Shown here piece by piece: positions 48,249 through 56,459 of a stretch of DNA of 64,000 nt (positions are counted from its first letter, which is position 1; each line of letters opens with the position of its first letter). Source of the stretch: a virus; IMG/VR virus record IMGVR_UViG_3300036859_000973, positions 21,102-85,101 of that record; one strand, given 5' to 3'. The notes below the pieces were generated by a model. It did no database searches and was not told where the DNA came from. It saw only the letters and a list, made by a program, of their open reading frames with translations. A program made the translations under genes and the position numbers.

Positions 48249-48736
48249 GGCTCGGCCTCCAGGGATTCAGCGTATTGGAGGGCGTCCAGCGCCCCCATGT
48301 CGTCGTCGCCGTCCGGTTCTTCCTCGGCCACGTCGCCGCACGCGCACGTCCCGCGACCGTGGCATTTGCCCATGCACTTACGGCAGGTGCATTGCCGCCT
48401 TCCGTTCAGGCACCGCGCATCGCACCGGCCCCCGCCCTTGCCCGGCTCGGGCTCGCGGTACTTGATGAACCGCACGGGCGCCATGGCGAAGCACGCCCCG
48501 CACTGACCCCACCGGCGGTGCCCATCCGGGTCGCCCTCGCCGCTCGGCATCAGCACCACGCGGGCGGCGCTCATGCCGTCGTCGGTGTGGCCACCGTAGC
48601 GGGCCTCACGCTCGCGGCGCCGGTACGTCAGCGGGCGCACGGGCCCGTGGGCCGCGCAGTCCGCCCACGCCAGCAAGCCCCCGGGAGTGCGGAAGGGCTC
48701 ACGGTCGCGCGCGGCCAGCGTCGGGGCCCACGTCAT
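48245..48736 (-). CDS. Cys-rich hypothetical protein
   Basis: CDARCLNG..QCTC..C.GKCHG. Confidence 0.65.
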   Translation of the reverse strand: MTWAPTLAARDREPFRTPGGLLAWADCAAHGPVRPLTYRRREREARYGGHTDDGMSAARVVLMPSGEGDPDGHRRWGQCGACFAMAPVRFIKYREPEPGKGGGRCDARCLNGRRQCTCRKCMGKCHGRGTCACGDVAEEEPDGDDDMGALDALQYAESLEAEP

Positions 48737-49059
48737 GCGCCCACCGCCCCGCAAAGGTCGCACCGCTGGCCGACGCGCGCGGCGCAGCCCGGGTCCGCAT
48801 CGTGCAACAGCACGCGCCCGGCGGGCTCAGCGCGGAATAGGGCCAGCGCCGGCTCTTGGATCAGGCCCGAGTCCAGGAGCTTGTCCACAAGCTCCTGGGC
48901 CCGTTCCAGTGGCACGCCGGACACGCCTAGCTCGCCCCAGCCAAGGAACGGGCCCCACGCCGAAGGCCGCATCCCGCGGCGCCACTCGGTGTGCTTGCCG
49001 GGCTCGCCGAGCGCGATGGCGCGCAGCACGGCGCGGGCCTCGGGGTCAAGGGGTTCCAT
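48733..49059 (-). CDS. Hypothetical protein
   Basis: GGAGG RBS; ends VGA with ATGA coupling. Confidence 0.6.
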   Translation of the reverse strand: MEPLDPEARAVLRAIALGEPGKHTEWRRGMRPSAWGPFLGWGELGVSGVPLERAQELVDKLLDSGLIQEPALALFRAEPAGRVLLHDADPGCAARVGQRCDLCGAVGA

Positions 49060-50022
49060 TCAAGCACCCTCCAGGTTGAAGGCTTGGTCCGCGCCCTTGC
49101 CTTCGGCCGGGTCATCGCCGGCCCCCTCGGGCGCCGGAAGGAAGGCCTCCACGCGGCCGCGCTCGGAGGTTGTCCGCCATGCGCTTACCTCGGCGCCGGG
49201 CCAGGCCTTCTTGATCCGCGCGACGGGCGAGGGCTCGCCGGTGAGGCCGCCCCAACAGTAGCGGCCCTCTTCAAAGACGGCGGGCTTCAGCGCGGGCTGC
49301 CACGTCAGCCGGCCGCCCTCCATCCCGCGAGGGAGCAGCACGCGCACATAGCCGCGCGTGGTGCCGCCCAGCACGTCGGCGGCGATGGCCTCCAGGGCCT
49401 CGAAGCCCAGAGGCTCGCCCTCGGTATCGTCGCCACTGAGAAACGGCATGGGCGGATAGAAGGCCCCGGGCTTGTGGTCGGCGCTGTGCGAAATGCCCCG
49501 CCGGTCGCCGGTGTCCTCGCCCAGGCACTTGTAGCGCGCGCCCGTCGCCGGATCAACGGGCCCGTATTCGCCCGGCACGCTCCCCGGCGGCGGGCCGAAC
49601 CTCTTCCCGCCCAGGTACACCTGATGAAGCTCGGCGTGGGGCGCCATGCTTACCCAGAGGTGGGATGGCGCTTGCGTCCTCGGCTCAGCCGGCGCGCTCG
49701 GCACGGTCCCCGGCAGCGCAGCGCAGCGCGCGGCTTCCGTCCCGCCGATGATGCGGGGCAGCCGGCCCGCCAGGCCCGCGGCGTCGGTGCCATGCTTGGC
49801 CGCGCGCTCGGCGATGCGCTGCGCCGCGGTCGCGCCGTCCGCGCCGCCATCCCATGGCCACAGCCGCGCCCGCGCCGCGTCGGCGGTGCCCTCATAGGCC
49901 CACACCAAGCGCGCCTCGCGCTTGTAGAAGTCCAGCGCCGAGGGCGGGACGGCCTTCGCCTTGCGGTCGCGCGGCATCAGGGCCAGATAGACGATTTTCC
50001 CCAGGCGGCGCTCGCCGGTCAT
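49060..50022 (-). CDS. Hypothetical protein (320 aa)
   Basis: Long ORF with ATGA coupling. Confidence 0.65.
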   Translation of the reverse strand: MTGERRLGKIVYLALMPRDRKAKAVPPSALDFYKREARLVWAYEGTADAARARLWPWDGGADGATAAQRIAERAAKHGTDAAGLAGRLPRIIGGTEAARCAALPGTVPSAPAEPRTQAPSHLWVSMAPHAELHQVYLGGKRFGPPPGSVPGEYGPVDPATGARYKCLGEDTGDRRGISHSADHKPGAFYPPMPFLSGDDTEGEPLGFEALEAIAADVLGGTTRGYVRVLLPRGMEGGRLTWQPALKPAVFEEGRYCWGGLTGEPSPVARIKKAWPGAEVSAWRTTSERGRVEAFLPAPEGAGDDPAEGKGADQAFNLEGA

Positions 50023-50327
50023 GCCAGCACGCTCCCCGCGTCGCGCCCATCAGGCGCGGGAAGGTCCCATTCCGGGCGCAGCCGGCCGGTGAAGTCCTCG
50101 GCTTCTAGCAAGAACGGCACGCGCTGGCCCAGCGGCGTCAGCACTTCCAGCGCATCGCCGATGAACGGGCGGCCCCCGTCGCGACGGCGCGCGAGCGCGC
50201 GCAGCACCGCGCGCGCCATGGCCTCGGTGCTTGCGAACGGGCCGGGGAGCGCGCGGTCCAGCGACACGGGCTCGCCGGCCATATCCACGGTCGCGCCGCG
50301 GAGCCGGCACGGCCAGGGCTCAGACAT
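50019..50327 (-). CDS. Hypothetical protein
   Basis: Fills the gap between coupled neighbours. Confidence 0.5.
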   Translation of the reverse strand: MSEPWPCRLRGATVDMAGEPVSLDRALPGPFASTEAMARAVLRALARRRDGGRPFIGDALEVLTPLGQRVPFLLEAEDFTGRLRPEWDLPAPDGRDAGSVLA

Positions 50328-51123
50328 CGGCCGCACCCCCGCGGAAGCCGAGCGTTCCCGCCATGCCGGCGGCGTCGCCCTTGATGGCGACCACGCGCGA
50401 GCCTTCGGGCATGGCGGCGTGAATCTCGCAGGCCAGGTATTCCGTGTCGTCGCCGTCGGCGATGATGAATCCGCCGCACGGCCCGTCGCCCACGTCCTCG
50501 CCGTTGCCGTCGCGCAGCGTGAAGCCGTACACCTCGCCATGGTCCCAGGCGTTCCACAGCCCGAGGAACGTTTCAGCGTCGGCGCGGCGGGCCGCGACGG
50601 TCCGCGCGCCGATGTTCTCGGACGGCTCCTCCCAGACTAGGAACCCCTCGGCGTCCTCGGCGCCGTCGGCGATGGCCCAGGCGTCATAGGTGCGGCGCAG
50701 CGGCCACGCCAGCCCGACGCGGAGCTTTGCCATCAGCCAGCCCAGGGGCTTGAATCCCTCGGTCAGAAAGTCCGAGGGCTCCTCGGCGCGCACCTTGAAG
50801 CGGCGCTTGCCCGGCGAGTAGTGCCGGCTCCCCGTGCTTCCCGCGTGGTCGCGGTGGAGGCTATACAGCATCCATACGCCGTCGGCGTCGGCCGGCGACG
50901 TCGGCGACGGATCAATCCATAGCTCCAGCGTGAGGCTCAGCGCGCGCTCGGCCTCGGCGGCGATGGCCTCGGCGAGCTTCAGGCCCGCCGGGCTTGTCTC
51001 GCCGTTGGGGCCGACGTATGTTGAAAGCTCCAGCGGCGGGCGGAAGCTGAAGGGCTCGCCGGCCTTGGCCAGCGCCTCGGCGATGCGGCCCACGGCCGCG
51101 GGCGTCTTGACGGTTGGGCTCAT
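50320..51123 (-). CDS. Phage/plasmid early-region hypothetical protein
   Basis: W..GEVYGF...D.NG.....CGGF motif. Confidence 0.7.
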   Translation of the reverse strand: MSPTVKTPAAVGRIAEALAKAGEPFSFRPPLELSTYVGPNGETSPAGLKLAEAIAAEAERALSLTLELWIDPSPTSPADADGVWMLYSLHRDHAGSTGSRHYSPGKRRFKVRAEEPSDFLTEGFKPLGWLMAKLRVGLAWPLRRTYDAWAIADGAEDAEGFLVWEEPSENIGARTVAARRADAETFLGLWNAWDHGEVYGFTLRDGNGEDVGDGPCGGFIIADGDDTEYLACEIHAAMPEGSRVVAIKGDAAGMAGTLGFRGGAADV

Positions 51124-51488
51124 GCGCCCCACCCCCGGGCCAGCGCCTCGGCCTTCTCCCCGAGCGTCGCGCCGATGGCTTCCGCCGTGCCGGGCGGCGC
51201 CTCGGTCATGGTTTCGACCGGGCCCCACGCCATCACGTCCGGCACGTTCGACACGGCCAGGAGTGGAGCGGTCCATAGCTCGCCGCGATGCACCGCGTAG
51301 GCGGAGCCGCTGGGCGGATGGATCAGGACTTCGGCCAGCGCCATGGCCTCGTGCGCGCCGGCCAGCGCGGCCCCGGCGCAGCGGATCAGGTGGGCCTGGG
51401 CCGGGCTCGGGTTGGCGGGCGTGGCGTCGGGCGCCACGTCGCCGTTGGGCAGCGGCGCGCTGCACACCGGGCACGGGTTCGGATTCAT
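51120..51488 (-). CDS. Hypothetical protein
   Basis: CPVC N-terminus; junction motif at both ends. Confidence 0.6.
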   Translation of the reverse strand: MNPNPCPVCSAPLPNGDVAPDATPANPSPAQAHLIRCAGAALAGAHEAMALAEVLIHPPSGSAYAVHRGELWTAPLLAVSNVPDVMAWGPVETMTEAPPGTAEAIGATLGEKAEALARGWGA

Positions 51489-51679
51489 GCGCCCACCGCC
51501 AGCGCGGCGGCGCGGTACATGGCCGCGCGCTCCAGGTCCGCGGCGCCCCAGGTGCCCCACCCGTGGGCCAGCATCGCGGCCCCGGTGCGGTCCAGCACGT
51601 CCGCGAAATGTTCCAGCGTGTCCGCGTCCCAGTCCCGCACGCGCGGAGCGCGCCGGTAGGCGGCTTGAAGGAGGCTCAC
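51485..51679 (-). CDS. Small hypothetical protein
   Basis: Junction motif at both ends. Confidence 0.55.
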   Translation of the reverse strand: MSLLQAAYRRAPRVRDWDADTLEHFADVLDRTGAAMLAHGWGTWGAADLERAAMYRAAALAVGA

Positions 51680-52104
51680 GCGCCCACCCCCGCGGCAGCG
51701 GCCCGCGCACGCTCGCGCTCGCCACATACGCACAGCGACCCGTAGGCGTGCGGCCGCGCGAGGCTGCCGACGTTGCGGGACGCGATGGCCCCGCGCTTGG
51801 CCTTGTAGTCCTCGGCGCCGTTGAAGGCGGCCATGCCGGAGCGCACGCGCGCGGCGGGCGCCTTGGCATAGACCACGTTCAGGAAATGGAGGAACCCGTG
51901 AAAGCACGTCGCCGCGATGCGCGATAGCTCGCCGTCCTTGCGCTCGCGGAAGCCCACGCGCCGGTAGCGGTCGCCCACGGGCCGGAGCTTCACTTTGAAG
52001 CACGGCCCGCCGCGGCGCAGCGGGACGGGCTCCAGGTCCATGGCCACGCCGGCGGCCTTGGCCGCGGCGCGAAGCTGGGCCTCGGTCGCGCCCCACACCT
52101 TCAC
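51676..52104 (-). CDS. Hypothetical protein
   Basis: ATCFHGF...LCVC; junction motifs. Confidence 0.65.
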   Translation of the reverse strand: MKVWGATEAQLRAAAKAAGVAMDLEPVPLRRGGPCFKVKLRPVGDRYRRVGFRERKDGELSRIAATCFHGFLHFLNVVYAKAPAARVRSGMAAFNGAEDYKAKRGAIASRNVGSLARPHAYGSLCVCGERERARAAAAGVGA

Positions 52105-52319
52105 GCGCCCACCCCCGCGCGCAGCGTGCGGCCGGCGCGAAGCGCGGCGAGGGCCAGGCGCTCCCTCGCGCCGTCCATGTCCGCGCACGTCGCGGCGAAC
52201 GCCTCACGGTTCAGCGCGGCGAGCGTGGCCAGCGCGGCCAAGGCGAGGTCGCGGCCGGGGATGCGGTCTTGAGCGGGCTCCGTTGCGTGCGGGTCAAAGA
52301 CCCGTTCCAGCGATGCCAT
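52101..52319 (-). CDS. Small hypothetical protein
   Basis: GAGGGAAACGCAC-ATG leader. Confidence 0.65.
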   Translation of the reverse strand: MASLERVFDPHATEPAQDRIPGRDLALAALATLAALNREAFAATCADMDGARERLALAALRAGRTLRAGVGA

Positions 52320-52483
52320 GTGCGTTTCCCTCTTTTGCGCGCCCCGTCCAACGGGGCGGACGGGCCGGCGCGGGGGATTGAACCCCGCCCGGCCCCGGCC
52401 GCGATGGGCTCGCGGCGGGCTTAGCCCTTCAACCCTCGGCCGCGGCGCCGGGTTCGGGGCCGCGGTTCATCGGGCATGCTCGG

Positions 52484-52513
52484 GACTACATACGCTGTAT
52501 GTAGTCATTAAGG
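52484..52513 (-). promoter_or_regulatory. TATA box plus perfect 10-3-10 palindrome
   Basis: Minus strand CCTTAAT-GACTACATAC-AGC-GTATGTAGTC. Confidence 0.8.
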
Positions 52514-52520
52514 TTATTGG

Positions 52521-54059
52521 TCAAACCTGAACGTCGCCATCCTCCGAAACGGACAATTCCCCCCAGAACCCCGGAAGCTGGCCCTGGAACGTCAGCCGGT
52601 CAAGGCTGCGTGTCACGGCAACGTAGGCTATTTTGTCCTCCTGATAAATGGGAGATTCGGGCGCGCTGCGCGGGTGGGGCATATTCTCGGGCGCGAGGAT
52701 GGCGACGTGCCGCGCCTCGGCGCCCTTCGCGCGATGCACCGACGAGAAGGTGACGGCCCGCGCGTCCGCGTCCTTGGCCTCGCCATCGACCACGAGGGAG
52801 CGGATACGGTCCGCCACGTCGCGCAGCGTGCGCGCGCCCTCGGCCGCGGCCACAAGGCACGCCGCGCGGTCCTCGGCATCGGCCAGGGCGTTGGCCGCGA
52901 AGCGGTGCCGCGCGAGGCGGGCCTCTTCCGCGCTAAGCCATGCGTTGGCCGCCTCGGCCAGGTCGCTCGGCCATCGCGCGCCGTGGTCGCGCTCCAGGGT
53001 CGCCATCAGGCGAAGGAGGCCCTCGGCGAGCCCTTGCGTGCCAAGCACGCGCGCGGCCACACCGTTGCGGATCAGGCGCAGCGCGCCCTTCAGGAGCGGG
53101 GCGTTGGTGCGCGATAGCGCGAGGTCGCCGGGCGCAAGCTCGGCGAGCGGATCCGCCACCACGCGCACGCTCCCCTCGGGTGCGCCCGGCCGGGCCTCAA
53201 AGGCCGGTACAAGGCGCTGGGCGAGCTTCGCGACGCGCACCGGGCAGCGCCACGAGACGGTGAGGGGATAGTCGCGCGTGAGGCCAAGCTCCGCGGCGAG
53301 CTTATCCATGGAGTCCGACGCGGCGCCGCGCCACGCATAGATAGCTTGGTTGGGGTCGCCCACCGCGATGCACGGGCCGCCGTCGGCGAGCGCGCGCTTG
53401 GCCAGCGCGATTTGAACCGGCGCCCAGTCCTGGGCCTCATCGGCCACGATGCCGGGCCGCGGTGCAACCTCCAGGCCCTCGGCGAGCGGGAGATAGAGCA
53501 TGTCGGCGAAGTCCACGCCGTAGCGGCGCCAGTCCTGGGCATCCATGGCGCGCGTGGTCCAACCGTCCATGATGGGCGCTTCCCAACCGTTCAGGTTGAT
53601 GCCGTGAAGGTCCGCCAGGTCCCGCGCCGTGGCTGGATCCGTCGGGTCCGCGTCGGGATAGCCGGCGCGCGCCAAATCCCAGAGGCGCGCGATGGGCCCG
53701 TAGGGCGGCGGCTGCCGGCGGCGCTCCGCGATGGGTTCAAGCGTCGGGCCCCAAATGAGGCGGAGCTTCGCGAAGCGGTCCTCATGGACCGGAAGCCGGC
53801 CGCGGCCCCATGCGCGCTGCAGCGCGCCGTAGCCTAGGCTGTGCGTGGTGCGGGCTTCCACGCCGGGCGGGACCTTCCGTTGAAGGTCCGTCGCATCGCG
53901 CTTGCCGAACGCCAGATAGGCCGTGCCGGCGGGCATGCCGGCCGCGCCGCGGGATACGGTCCACGTCTTTCCGCTGCCGGCCAGGGCGATGATGCGGGCC
54001 CGCTCGCCGCGCTTCATGGCGGCCCAAATGTCCGTTTGCTGGGCCGTTGGCTCGGGCAT
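52521..54059 (-). CDS. UvrD/Rep-family SF1A helicase (compact phage type)
   Basis: ALAGSGKT, DEAQD, VGDPNQAIYAWRGA, SWRCP, SVHRAKGAE, YVAVTR. Confidence 0.93.
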   Translation of the reverse strand: MPEPTAQQTDIWAAMKRGERARIIALAGSGKTWTVSRGAAGMPAGTAYLAFGKRDATDLQRKVPPGVEARTTHSLGYGALQRAWGRGRLPVHEDRFAKLRLIWGPTLEPIAERRRQPPPYGPIARLWDLARAGYPDADPTDPATARDLADLHGINLNGWEAPIMDGWTTRAMDAQDWRRYGVDFADMLYLPLAEGLEVAPRPGIVADEAQDWAPVQIALAKRALADGGPCIAVGDPNQAIYAWRGAASDSMDKLAAELGLTRDYPLTVSWRCPVRVAKLAQRLVPAFEARPGAPEGSVRVVADPLAELAPGDLALSRTNAPLLKGALRLIRNGVAARVLGTQGLAEGLLRLMATLERDHGARWPSDLAEAANAWLSAEEARLARHRFAANALADAEDRAACLVAAAEGARTLRDVADRIRSLVVDGEAKDADARAVTFSSVHRAKGAEARHVAILAPENMPHPRSAPESPIYQEDKIAYVAVTRSLDRLTFQGQLPGFWGELSVSEDGDVQV

Positions 54060-54721
54060 CAGGCGGCCCCCACGGGCTCGGCCGGCTCGGCCTCGGCCGC
54101 GGGCCTCTGGCGCGCGCCCAGGGCCGCTAGGAGGGCTTTCAGGGCGGGGTCCGACCGTGGGGCCGGCCCACCACGCCCCGCGCGCAGCGGGGCCAGGGTG
54201 TGCGCCTTGCGCGGCCGCGCGGCGCGCCAGTCCCTCACGCGCGCATCATGGGCGGTTTCCTTGGCCAGGCCGGTCCGACCACGGCACGGCGCGCCAGGGT
54301 TCGCCCGACAGTCCCGGCACGGCACGGCCCGGGCCAGCTTGGCCACGCGCTCTAGGCGCTCCGCTTCGCGGCGCAGCCCGGCGAGGTTGCTTGGGGGCTC
54401 CATGTCCCATCGCGTGCGCGGCGGGATGGGCAAGCCCGCGCGGGCCAGGGCAGCCGGCGAGCCGGGCGCGGGCGGAGCGGCGCGCGGAAGGCGATAGGCG
54501 CGCATCATGTCCGGGCTGTGCCATGGCTCCTGCCCGGGCCAGGCTTCCCAGGCTAGGAGCGTGCGCCGGAAGGCGTCGCCCAGCGAACCGTGCCCGCCGC
54601 GGCGGATGGGTGCGCCGTGGTGGCGAGGTTCGGGCGCGCCATCGGCGCGGCTATCGTCAATCTCAAGCGCTGGCCCGCCGCGGATGGCGGCGCGGGCCTT
54701 CATGATGACGGTTCTTTCCAT
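54059..54721 (-). CDS. Hypothetical protein with phage zinc finger
   Basis: CRDCRANPGAPC...HDAR; GAGGGAAACGCAC leader. Confidence 0.65.
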   Translation of the reverse strand: MERTVIMKARAAIRGGPALEIDDSRADGAPEPRHHGAPIRRGGHGSLGDAFRRTLLAWEAWPGQEPWHSPDMMRAYRLPRAAPPAPGSPAALARAGLPIPPRTRWDMEPPSNLAGLRREAERLERVAKLARAVPCRDCRANPGAPCRGRTGLAKETAHDARVRDWRAARPRKAHTLAPLRAGRGGPAPRSDPALKALLAALGARQRPAAEAEPAEPVGAA

Positions 54722-54742
54722 GTGCGTTTCCCTCTTGTGTCT

Positions 54743-54765
54743 GACTATATACTTTGTATTTAGCG
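54743..54765 (-). promoter_or_regulatory. Degenerate copy of the palindromic site
   Basis: GACTATATAC-TTT-GTATTTAGCG upstream of ATG 54721. Confidence 0.6.
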
Positions 54766-54861
54766 TTTCTCTGGGGCGCTACGCTTAGTTGCGGGCCGGT
54801 GGCGATGGCGCGCGGCCGCTTGACGTGCACGCGGGCCGCGCGACCACGGATCGACGGCCCT

Positions 54862-55287
54862 TCAGGCCTCCGGGCTGGCCTCCGACCGCGGGACTTCGCC
54901 GGCGGCGATGGCGCGCGCCTCGCGCAGCGCGATGGCCAGGCGGTCCGCAAGCACCGAATGGGCCAGGGCCCAGCGCGCACCGGTGGCGAGCATGTCGCGC
55001 GCGTCGGCGCGCCATGCGTCGAACCCGACGGTTTGCACGTCGAAACGGCCATCGGAAAGGCGCGCGCGAATCACCACATAGCCACCGGTCGGACCGTCGG
55101 CGCGATAGAGCCGCGCCAGGTAGGTGGGTTCATCGGACGGAAGGCCAACCTCGGCCGGTCGGAGGCGCGCTTCGGCATCGGGCCGGCGGCCCGTGGCCAT
55201 GTCATGCACAGCCAGCGAAAGCACGTCGGCGCGCGCCTCGGCGCGGTTCATTCGATCCAAGGCCTCGGCGATGGTCGGTCGCGGCAT
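54862..55287 (-). CDS. Hypothetical protein
   Basis: TAATG coupling; clean ORF. Confidence 0.6.
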   Translation of the reverse strand: MPRPTIAEALDRMNRAEARADVLSLAVHDMATGRRPDAEARLRPAEVGLPSDEPTYLARLYRADGPTGGYVVIRARLSDGRFDVQTVGFDAWRADARDMLATGARWALAHSVLADRLAIALREARAIAAGEVPRSEASPEA

Positions 55288-55464
55288 TAGAAGGCCCCCA
55301 GCATGAAGGCCATGGCGACCCAGGGCGCGGCGCCCAGGGCGAGCATGGCGGTTTGCGTTGCGGACATGGCGTTTCCCTCTTTGTCGGCGCGCCTTGCGGC
55401 GCGGCGGGCTTCCCGCGATGGCGCGCGCGTCGCGCCATTTCGGGCCGTGGCCAACGGCCCATCA

Positions 55465-55929
55465 TCAGGCGAGGTTCTCAGGGTCGAAGGCGTCCATGAG
55501 GGCCGCGAAATTGTCGCCCGGGTCGCGAGAGAAAGAGTAGTCTGCGACGATTTCCTCCGGGCTGTTGCCGCGCACGAAATAGACCCAGTGCGTGGCCTTG
55601 CCGTTCGTGAAGTCGAAGCGGCCTTCATCAAGGTTGAAGAGAAGCTCCATGAGGCCCTTCTTGTCTTGGTTGGCGACGGGCTCCGGGCCCGTGTCGGCAT
55701 CCAGCCATGCCACGGGCCGCCATCCACCGGCGGCGAGGGCGTCACACAGCGCGGCCACCACGGCGCGCTCCTTGCGACCATGGGCCGTTGGGATAACGCC
55801 ATAGCGCTCGGCCATGAGCTTGTCAATCTCCAAGCTCGGCACCTTGCCGTGCGTGCCTTGCGCTACCTCGCCTTGTGTTGCCGGGCCGTCCGCTCCTGTG
55901 GTCGCGTTCGCGTCTTGGGTCTTGGTCAT
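55465..55929 (-). CDS. Phage early-region hypothetical protein
   Basis: WVYFVRGN..EEIVADYS motif; GAGGGAAAC leader. Confidence 0.7.
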   Translation of the reverse strand: MTKTQDANATTGADGPATQGEVAQGTHGKVPSLEIDKLMAERYGVIPTAHGRKERAVVAALCDALAAGGWRPVAWLDADTGPEPVANQDKKGLMELLFNLDEGRFDFTNGKATHWVYFVRGNSPEEIVADYSFSRDPGDNFAALMDAFDPENLA

Positions 55930-55965
55930 GCTAGGTTTCCCTCGGACATGCAAGGGCGCTATCTC

Positions 55966-55985
55966 CACTTATACTTTGTCCAAGC
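55966..55985 (-). promoter_or_regulatory. Hybrid copy of the palindromic site
   Basis: CACTTATAC-TTT-GTCCAAGC. Confidence 0.55.
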
Positions 55986-56038
55986 GTCCTTGGACACGTC
56001 CGGCCGTATGGGCGTCCTTGGACGCTCCGCCACGGTCC

Positions 56039-56071
56039 GCCTAGTAGGGTTCCAACGGAACCCTACTAGGC
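56039..56071. repeat. Perfect 15-bp inverted repeat with 3-nt loop
   Basis: GCCTAGTAGGGTTCC-AAC-GGAACCCTACTAGGC. Confidence 0.95.
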
Positions 56072-56285
56072 CGCGCGCCGCAGGCAAGGGCAAGGTCGCT
56101 CGGCCGCTCCCGTGGTCTTAGGCGACCGTCGGCCAAGTCTCTGGGATGGAACATCCCAGAGACGCCGGCCCGCGCGCGACGACGGGGGGTGGGGAGTATC
56201 CCCGGCCGTCGTGGCCACGGAGACGAACGGGTCCCATCCGAATGGAGTCGCTTGGGTCCCATCTGCGTGCCGCCGCGGGTCCCAT

Positions 56286-56459
56286 CTACGCCGTGCGCAG
56301 CCGCGGCGTCGCGCCGTTGTGCAGCGTCTCGAAGTGCTCCACGATCGTCGCCAACCGCAACTCGTCCCCAAATTGCGCGCCGCATAGCTCGCACACCAAT
56401 GGGCCCGGCGGCCGCCGCCTATACCATGGCGGCACCCCTCTACGATCGCGCGTCACCAT
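56286..56459 (-). CDS. C2H2 zinc-finger micro-protein (57 aa, below ORF-track cutoff)
   Basis: Hand translation MVTRDRR...CELCGAQF...EHFETLH; starts right after the upstream stop. Confidence 0.65.
   Translation of the reverse strand: MVTRDRRGVPPWYRRRPPGPLVCELCGAQFGDELRLATIVEHFETLHNGATPRLRTA

Noticed and set aside
52340-52440. tRNA gene
   Set aside because: Only a T-arm-like hairpin; no cloverleaf
47867-52506. Palindromes as dif/att recombination sites
   Set aside because: No recombinase in the window, spacers differ between copies, and TATA adjacency favours operators; not fully excluded
30725-55985. Palindromic repeats as a CRISPR array
   Set aside because: Copies are kilobases apart, not regularly spaced, and no cas operon is present; the PD-(D/E)XK nuclease is a standalone phage type
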